This document shows, in pieces, positions 63,991 to 64,000 of a DNA stretch of 64,000 nucleotides; position 1 is the stretch's first letter; each line of letters begins with the position of its first letter. The stretch is from Octopus sinensis (taxonomy: Eukaryota). The notes under the pieces are model-generated. The model was not told the DNA's origin. It did not search any database and worked only from the letters and a program-made list of their open reading frames with translations. Location of the stretch: assembly GCF_006345805.1 (NCBI RefSeq), contig NC_043014.1, forward strand, positions 21,762,001 through 21,826,000, read 5' to 3'. A program made the translations under genes and the position numbers.

Positions 63991-64000
63991 GATTAAGGAG

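Overview
AT-rich, repeat-dense animal genomic DNA. The repeat families (tRNA-derived SINEs, RTE LINEs with (GAT)n tails, Helitrons) suggest an octopod cephalopod; this is inference. The main gene is a minus-strand, multi-exon TMEM145-like (GPR180/TMEM145 family) membrane protein gene. Eleven coding exons between 36155 and 6179 have canonical AG/GT sites, matching splice phases and no stops. A candidate last exon lies at 5623-5778; the signal-peptide exon was not found. Introns and upstream DNA are filled with decayed transposons: Helitrons and non-autonomous derivatives, RTE and CRE-like LINEs, mariner/Tc1/maT, piggyBac, a Chapaev3-like element and several SINE families. Most notable: (1) five minimal hammerhead-ribozyme-like motifs at four loci between 38 and 63 kb, two loci sitting in long foldback inverted repeats inside (TA)n tracts, with one canonical-core motif on the gene's sense strand; (2) a duplicated splice acceptor defining a candidate 23-nt poison micro-exon that can base-pair with the real exon-3 acceptor region; (3) a complete PHD finger inside an RTE reverse-transcriptase ORF; (4) a nested Helitron carrying what look like locally templated patches.
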